Shown in pieces: positions 59,148 through 64,000 of a DNA stretch of 64,000 nt. This DNA comes from Nitrososphaerota archaeon. GTDB taxonomy: Archaea; Thermoproteota; Nitrososphaeria_A; Caldarchaeales; Calditenuaceae. The notes below the pieces were generated by a model. That model ran no database searches. It had not been told where the DNA came from and worked only from the letters and a program-made list of their open reading frames with translations. The translations under genes were made by a program, and so were the position numbers. Where the stretch lies: the NCBI GenBank assembly GCA_041641295.1, contig JBEPYO010000001.1, positions 160,001 through 224,000 on the forward strand, read 5' to 3'. Every line of letters begins with the position of its first letter. Position 1 is the first letter of the stretch.

Positions 59148-60851
59148 CTATTGCCCGCCAGCCGAGCGGGCCTTCTCCTCCTCCCTGAGCACCCTCCTCA
59201 AGACTTTTCCAACCATAGTCGTCGGCAGCTCTTTTCTAAACTCAACCTCCCTAATCGCCTTGTATGGCGCGACACGCTCATTCACAAACTTCATAATCTC
59301 CTCCTCGGTTGCGGTCGCCCCCTCCTTCAAGACGACGAATGCCTTGGGGATCTCGCCTGCGACAGGGTCTGGCTTCCCCACTACTGCGGCAAGCTTCACC
59401 GCTGGGTGCTCGTAGAGTATATCCTCAAGCTCGCGTGGGTAGACGCTGTACCCCTTATACTTGATCAGGTCCTTCTTCCGATCGGTGATGTAGAAGTAGC
59501 CATCCTCATCCATCTTGGCGAGGTCGCCGGTGTAGAGCCATCCGTCGCGGAGAACCATGCGGGTCTCCTCAGGCCTCTTCCAATACCCCTTCATCACCTG
59601 TGGACCCTTCACCACAAGCTCCCCAACCTCACCGACCGGCAGCTCCCTAGTCCCCGTCTCAGCATCTACTATCTTTGCATCAGTGCTCGGCCAAGGTATC
59701 CCTATAGACCCTACCTTTACCGTCTTCATCGTGGGGTCAAGCGGATTACAGTGTGTGACTGGGGCAGCCTCGGTTAAACCATACCCCTCCACCAAAACCG
59801 CTCCCGTCAACTCCATAAACCTCTTCTGAACCTCGGGTGGAAGCGGCGCCGCGCCTGAAATGCAGAACTTCACCGACCGCAAATTGTATTTGGTGACCTG
59901 GGGGTGGTTGACTATCATCGCGTATAACGTGGGGACGCCTGGGAATAGTGTGACTTTGTACTTTTGAATCGACTTTAACACTTCGAGGACGTCGAAGCGT
60001 GGCAGCACAACCATCGTTCCCCCCGCATAGATTGTGAAGTTCATGCTGACTGTCATGCCGTATATGTGGAAGAAGGGGAGGACGGCAAGACCCACATCGG
60101 CACCCCTCTCAGCCCTAAGCCAAGCCGCGCATCCGACAACATTCGCCACAAGGTTTTCATGAGTCAGCATGGCGCCTTTTGGCAGACCTGTCGTACCGCC
60201 TGTGTATTGGAGCACGGCGAGGTCCTCCTTGGGGTTAATCTCCACTGTAGGCGGCTCTGGGGGAGTCTTCTCAACCAGCTCTTTGAAGAAGTATATGTTT
60301 GGCCTAGGCGGAATCTTAGCAGTCGGTATCTTCTTTAGCAGGGTTCCGAGAAACGCCTTAACACCGGGCATGTATTCACCCAGCCTCGCCACCACTGCAA
60401 ACTTAACCTGAGTCTTCTCCCAAACCTTCTCAAACCTCGGATATAGCGCATCGAGCAAAATTATGGCCTTCGCCTCGGAGTCAGTAAGCTGGAACTCAAG
60501 CTCTCTCTCGACGACAAGTGGGCTGATACCTGAGACGATGCCCCCGAGCTTTAAGATTGCGTAATAGGCAATTACGAACTGGGGCATGTTTGGAAGGTAG
60601 AGGGCGACTACATCACCCTTCCTAATTCCCAGCCGGTGAAGAGCAGTTGCGAAGCGGTCTACAAGGTTATTCAGCTCGCCATAAGTGATCCTCTTCCCGA
60701 AAAAGATGATACAGGTCTTTGATGGAAACTCTTTCGCACTCCTCTCGAGAAAAGTGTGTAATGGAACGTTTGGATAATCAAGTGTCTTTGGAACACCCTC
60801 AGGCCAAAACTTAAACCAGGGCCTTTCCAGAAAACTACTTCTTTCCTCCAT
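59148..60851 (-). CDS. Long-chain fatty acid--CoA ligase
   Basis: QYTGGTTGLPKG, EGYGLTE, WLYTGD, DRKKD, VGKVLRR. Confidence 0.93.
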   Translation of the reverse strand: MEERSSFLERPWFKFWPEGVPKTLDYPNVPLHTFLERSAKEFPSKTCIIFFGKRITYGELNNLVDRFATALHRLGIRKGDVVALYLPNMPQFVIAYYAILKLGGIVSGISPLVVERELEFQLTDSEAKAIILLDALYPRFEKVWEKTQVKFAVVARLGEYMPGVKAFLGTLLKKIPTAKIPPRPNIYFFKELVEKTPPEPPTVEINPKEDLAVLQYTGGTTGLPKGAMLTHENLVANVVGCAAWLRAERGADVGLAVLPFFHIYGMTVSMNFTIYAGGTMVVLPRFDVLEVLKSIQKYKVTLFPGVPTLYAMIVNHPQVTKYNLRSVKFCISGAAPLPPEVQKRFMELTGAVLVEGYGLTEAAPVTHCNPLDPTMKTVKVGSIGIPWPSTDAKIVDAETGTRELPVGEVGELVVKGPQVMKGYWKRPEETRMVLRDGWLYTGDLAKMDEDGYFYITDRKKDLIKYKGYSVYPRELEDILYEHPAVKLAAVVGKPDPVAGEIPKAFVVLKEGATATEEEIMKFVNERVAPYKAIREVEFRKELPTTMVGKVLRRVLREEEKARSAGGQ

Positions 60852-61008
60852 ACACCCCCCAATATATCATCCTTTGTATAAAAACTTTTTATCCAGTCCA
60901 AGGTGACCTAGAACGGTTCAAGGAAGATCTTAAATCGAGACAGATTAACGAACCGTTTTCCTTGAACGCTTATATAACTCTAAACACAATATACTATATC
61001 GAGCCCAT

Positions 61009-62160
61009 ATGGATTTTAGTCTTAGTGAAGAGCAGTTAGAGATTAAGAGGGCAGTCAGGGAATTTTGCGAGAAGGAGTTTAAACCCGAACTGGCTTTAGA
61101 GCTGGACCAGAAGGAAGAGTTTCCCATGGAGCTGTATAGGAAGGCTGCGAGCCTCGGTTTTGTCGGCATCGCAATCCCCGAACAATATGGTGGACAAGGC
61201 TACGGATACCTAGAGGCCTGCCTAGTAATTGAGGAGATGTGTAGGGCTGACTCCTCCCTAGGCCTCGCGACAATGATTGGGTCCTTTGGAAGCGAACTCA
61301 TACTCGTCCATGGCACTGAAGAGCAGAAAGAGAAATACATCCCAAAGGTAGCAAGAGGGGAATACATCTCGGCCGCTGCCTTTACAGAGCCTTCAAGGGG
61401 TAGCGACCTCACCAAAATGGACACGACAGCCGTCAAATATGGAGATGAGTGGAGGATAAATGGGACCAAAACCTTCATAACAAACGCGCCTATAGCGGAT
61501 TTTATCATAGTCCTTTGCCAGACAGACACCCGCGTCAGACCAACATACCGCGGACAAACCCTCTTCGTAATCGACAAGGGAACCCCGGGCCTCGAGGTGA
61601 CTAAACAGAAGAATAAGCTCGGTATAAGGTGTACAGCTACGGGCGAGGTCGCCCTTAGAGATGTTAGGGTCTCTGATGCAAATATTGTAGGCCAGCTTAA
61701 CAGGGGATTCTACCACTCACTAGAGTTTTTCGACCGGAGCAGGACTATTGTGGCGGCCCAAGCCGTGGGTACGGCCCAGGGGGCCTTCGAGATAGCTCTT
61801 AGATACGCAAAGACTAGGGAGGCCTTCGGCCAGCCCATTATACAGTTCGAAGAGATTGGGTGTAGGCTTGCCGAGATTGCGACCAAGATAGAGGCGGCTA
61901 GACTCCTCACATACAAGGCCGCCTCACTGATCGATAAAGGGCAGATGGACCCCATGCTGACATCGATGGCAAAGCTCTACGCGAGCAGGGTTGCTGTAGA
62001 GGCTACCGACGCTGCGATCCAGACGCTAGGAGGCTACGGATACATGGGCGAGTATAGGGTCGAGAAGTATTTCAGGGATGCGAAGATAACAGAGATATAT
62101 GAGGGGACTTCCGAGATACAGAAGCTCACAATATTGAAATACCTGCTACAGAAATACTAG
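61009..62160 (+). CDS. Acyl-CoA dehydrogenase
   Basis: FTEPSRGSD, NGTKTFITN, KLGIR, GGYGY, IYEGTSEIQ. Confidence 0.95.
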   Translation: MDFSLSEEQLEIKRAVREFCEKEFKPELALELDQKEEFPMELYRKAASLGFVGIAIPEQYGGQGYGYLEACLVIEEMCRADSSLGLATMIGSFGSELILVHGTEEQKEKYIPKVARGEYISAAAFTEPSRGSDLTKMDTTAVKYGDEWRINGTKTFITNAPIADFIIVLCQTDTRVRPTYRGQTLFVIDKGTPGLEVTKQKNKLGIRCTATGEVALRDVRVSDANIVGQLNRGFYHSLEFFDRSRTIVAAQAVGTAQGAFEIALRYAKTREAFGQPIIQFEEIGCRLAEIATKIEAARLLTYKAASLIDKGQMDPMLTSMAKLYASRVAVEATDAAIQTLGGYGYMGEYRVEKYFRDAKITEIYEGTSEIQKLTILKYLLQKY

Positions 62161-62174
62161 GAGTGTGATGAAAG

Positions 62175-62966
62175 TTGTCTCGAACTTCTTATGAGACTAT
62201 TAAACTCGAGCGGGAAGACCGCGTTGCCTGGATAGTGCTGAACAGGCCGCACAGGTTGAACGCGTTTAACGAGGATATGATTTTGGAGCTACTTGACGCC
62301 TTGAACACTGTTGAGAATGACCCGGGGGTTAGGTGTGTGGTGATTACGGGGGAGGGCGATAGGGCCTTCAGTGCAGGCGCCGACATCACTGCCTTCCCAA
62401 AGGCCACGCCCACACTGGCGGAGGAGCTGTCCCGGAAGGGGCAGAAGGTCTTCTCGACTATAGAGGAGATGTCTAAGCCAGTCATAGCGGCCATTAACGG
62501 ATACGCCCTAGGAGGAGGGCTCGAGCTGGCAATCTCATGCGACTTCAGGATAGCCTCCGAGCATGCAGAGCTGGGCTCCCCAGAGATTAACCTGGGTATA
62601 ATACCGGGCTGGGGAGGGACTCAGAAGCTAGTGAGGCTTGTGGGTCTGAGAAATGCCAAGAGGCTTGTGCTGCTTGGCGAGAGGATAAAGGCTGACGAGG
62701 CTCTCCGGATAGGCCTGGTGGACAAAGTGGTGCCTTTCGAGAACCTCCGGGACGAGACGATGTCTCTTGCGAATAGATTGGCCGAGGGCCCGCCTATAGC
62801 ATTGAGGTATGCTAAATATGCCCTAAACTTCGGCAGCCAAGTCCCACTAGAAGTGGGGCTGAGGCTAGAGTCTGCGTTGATGGGGCTACTCTTCTCCACT
62901 AACGACGTGAAGAGGGGGATAGAGGCCTTCATGTCGAGATCTAAGCCAGAGTTTAAGGGTGACTAG
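62175..62966 (+). CDS. Enoyl-CoA hydratase (crotonase family)
   Basis: LNRPHRLNA, AFSAGADI, ALGGGLELA, PEINLGIIPGWGGTQ. Confidence 0.93.
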   Translation: MSRTSYETIKLEREDRVAWIVLNRPHRLNAFNEDMILELLDALNTVENDPGVRCVVITGEGDRAFSAGADITAFPKATPTLAEELSRKGQKVFSTIEEMSKPVIAAINGYALGGGLELAISCDFRIASEHAELGSPEINLGIIPGWGGTQKLVRLVGLRNAKRLVLLGERIKADEALRIGLVDKVVPFENLRDETMSLANRLAEGPPIALRYAKYALNFGSQVPLEVGLRLESALMGLLFSTNDVKRGIEAFMSRSKPEFKGD

Positions 62967-62981
62967 GTGCGGGTCAGGGGC

Positions 62982-64000
62982 ATGAGACGCGTCGCAGTTA
63001 TTGGTGTGGGGCACAGCAAGTTTGGCGATAGGCAGGATGTCAATGTTAAGGAGCTTGCGTTCGAGTCGGTCAAGCCCGCCCTCGAGGATGCGGGACTAAC
63101 ACCCAAAGACATACCGTATGTTACTGTCGGCTCCATCGGTGTCTGGTACGAGGAGCCCCTTCCGGCCGTTGCTATTGCCGAGTATTGTGGACTGACTGGA
63201 GCGGGTCTTGTGAGGGTTGAAGCGGCATGCGCGACTGGTAGCGCTGCTGTGTACTCCGCATACACTGCAATAGCCAGTGGTGCCGTGGATTTAGCGCTGG
63301 TTATCGGGGTTGAGAAGATGAGGGAGGTGGAGACTCCATTGGCTGTCGAGTTGATTGGTCGCGCAGGCTCCTATCTATGGGAGTTCGAATACTTCGGCAT
63401 GACATTCCCGAGCTACTACGCACTATACGCCACAGCCTACATGAACAAGTACGGCGCGACCGAGGAGGACCTAGCACTGGTCGCTGTTAAGAATCACAAA
63501 TACGCTGCCCTGAATCCACTTGCACACTTCCAAAAAGAAATAAGCATCGAGGATGTCTTGTCGTCCTACATGATTTCTTGGCCGCTGAAGCTCTACGACT
63601 GCTCCCCAATAACAGATGGAAGCGCTGCACTAGTCCTCGCATCCGAGGAGAAGGTTAAGGAGCTCAGGGTGGATACGCCGGTATGGATAGCGGGTATAGG
63701 ATATTCCTCAGGGTCCAGCACCCTCTCGCAGCGGACCGACTTTCTAGGCTTGGACGCAGCCGTGAAGGCCTCTCAGATGGCGTATAAGATAGCCGGCGTC
63801 AGGCCTGACCAGATAGACTCAGCCAACGTGCATGACTGTTTCACCATAGCCGAACTCTTAGCCTATGAGGACCTTGGATTCTGCAGAAGGGGCGAGGGAG
63901 TCAAGATGATCAGGGAGGGTGAGACCGAGATAGGTGGAAAGATCCCTGTCAACGTGGACGGAGGACTGAAAGCAAAGGGGCATCCGATAGGTGCTACGGG
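62982..64000 (+). CDS. Thiolase (SCP2/thiolase-domain type), runs off the window end
   Basis: Manual translation MRRVAVIGVGHSKFG...VEAACATG...GVEKM...KNH...CSPITDG...VHDCF...KGHPIGATG; open at the edge, so not in the ORF track. Confidence 0.92.
   Translation, partial: MRRVAVIGVGHSKFGDRQDVNVKELAFESVKPALEDAGLTPKDIPYVTVGSIGVWYEEPLPAVAIAEYCGLTGAGLVRVEAACATGSAAVYSAYTAIASGAVDLALVIGVEKMREVETPLAVELIGRAGSYLWEFEYFGMTFPSYYALYATAYMNKYGATEEDLALVAVKNHKYAALNPLAHFQKEISIEDVLSSYMISWPLKLYDCSPITDGSAALVLASEEKVKELRVDTPVWIAGIGYSSGSSTLSQRTDFLGLDAAVKASQMAYKIAGVRPDQIDSANVHDCFTIAELLAYEDLGFCRRGEGVKMIREGETEIGGKIPVNVDGGLKAKGHPIGAT

Noticed and set aside
59145-59777. Long antisense or overlapping ORFs from the track (e.g. 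59145-59777, 28617-29210, 42564-43133, 5033-5545)
   Set aside because: They are shadows of well-supported genes on the other strand, with no recognisable motifs
1-64000. CRISPR arrays, rRNA, IS elements, proviral or defence genes
   Set aside because: No regularly spaced repeats, rRNA-like sequence, transposase, integrase or capsid motifs were seen by eye

Overview
A gene-dense stretch of a thermophilic archaeal chromosome. PolB1, Cdc48, archaeal PpcA, eL14/eL34, a cbf5 intron and no LX gene between aIF6 and prefoldin suggest a TACK-type host, possibly Caldarchaeales/'Aigarchaeota'-like, but this is an inference only. Most content is housekeeping: ogt, GTPBP1-like GTPase, Trm5, FEN1, Cdc48, YchF, PolB1, the S5-L30-L15-SecY-DUF106-L34e-(cmk inverted)-L14e-cbf5 block, RqcH, A-ATPase subunit I, L39e-L31e-aIF6-prefoldin-FtsY, PpcA, hypFDCE and beta-oxidation genes. 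There are three tRNAs: Ser-GGA, intron-containing Gly-GCC and Ser-TGA. The best-supported hidden feature is a 19-nt bulge-helix-bulge (BHB) intron in the catalytic Asp codon of cbf5 (30600-30618), which explains the apparent frameshift. Also notable: a non-canonical 29/30 intron in tRNA-Gly, a tRNA promoter shared by both Ser tRNAs with one copy inside the cbf5 coding end, a GT-C glycosyltransferase fused to a degenerate GH18-like barrel, an AT-richer racemase/ABC/oxoprolinase island, a RifK/RifL-like aminosugar operon, and an ABC system with a detached AAA-associated domain. No CRISPR array, rRNA, integrase or transposase was seen. All calls are motif recognition by eye; no database search was run.
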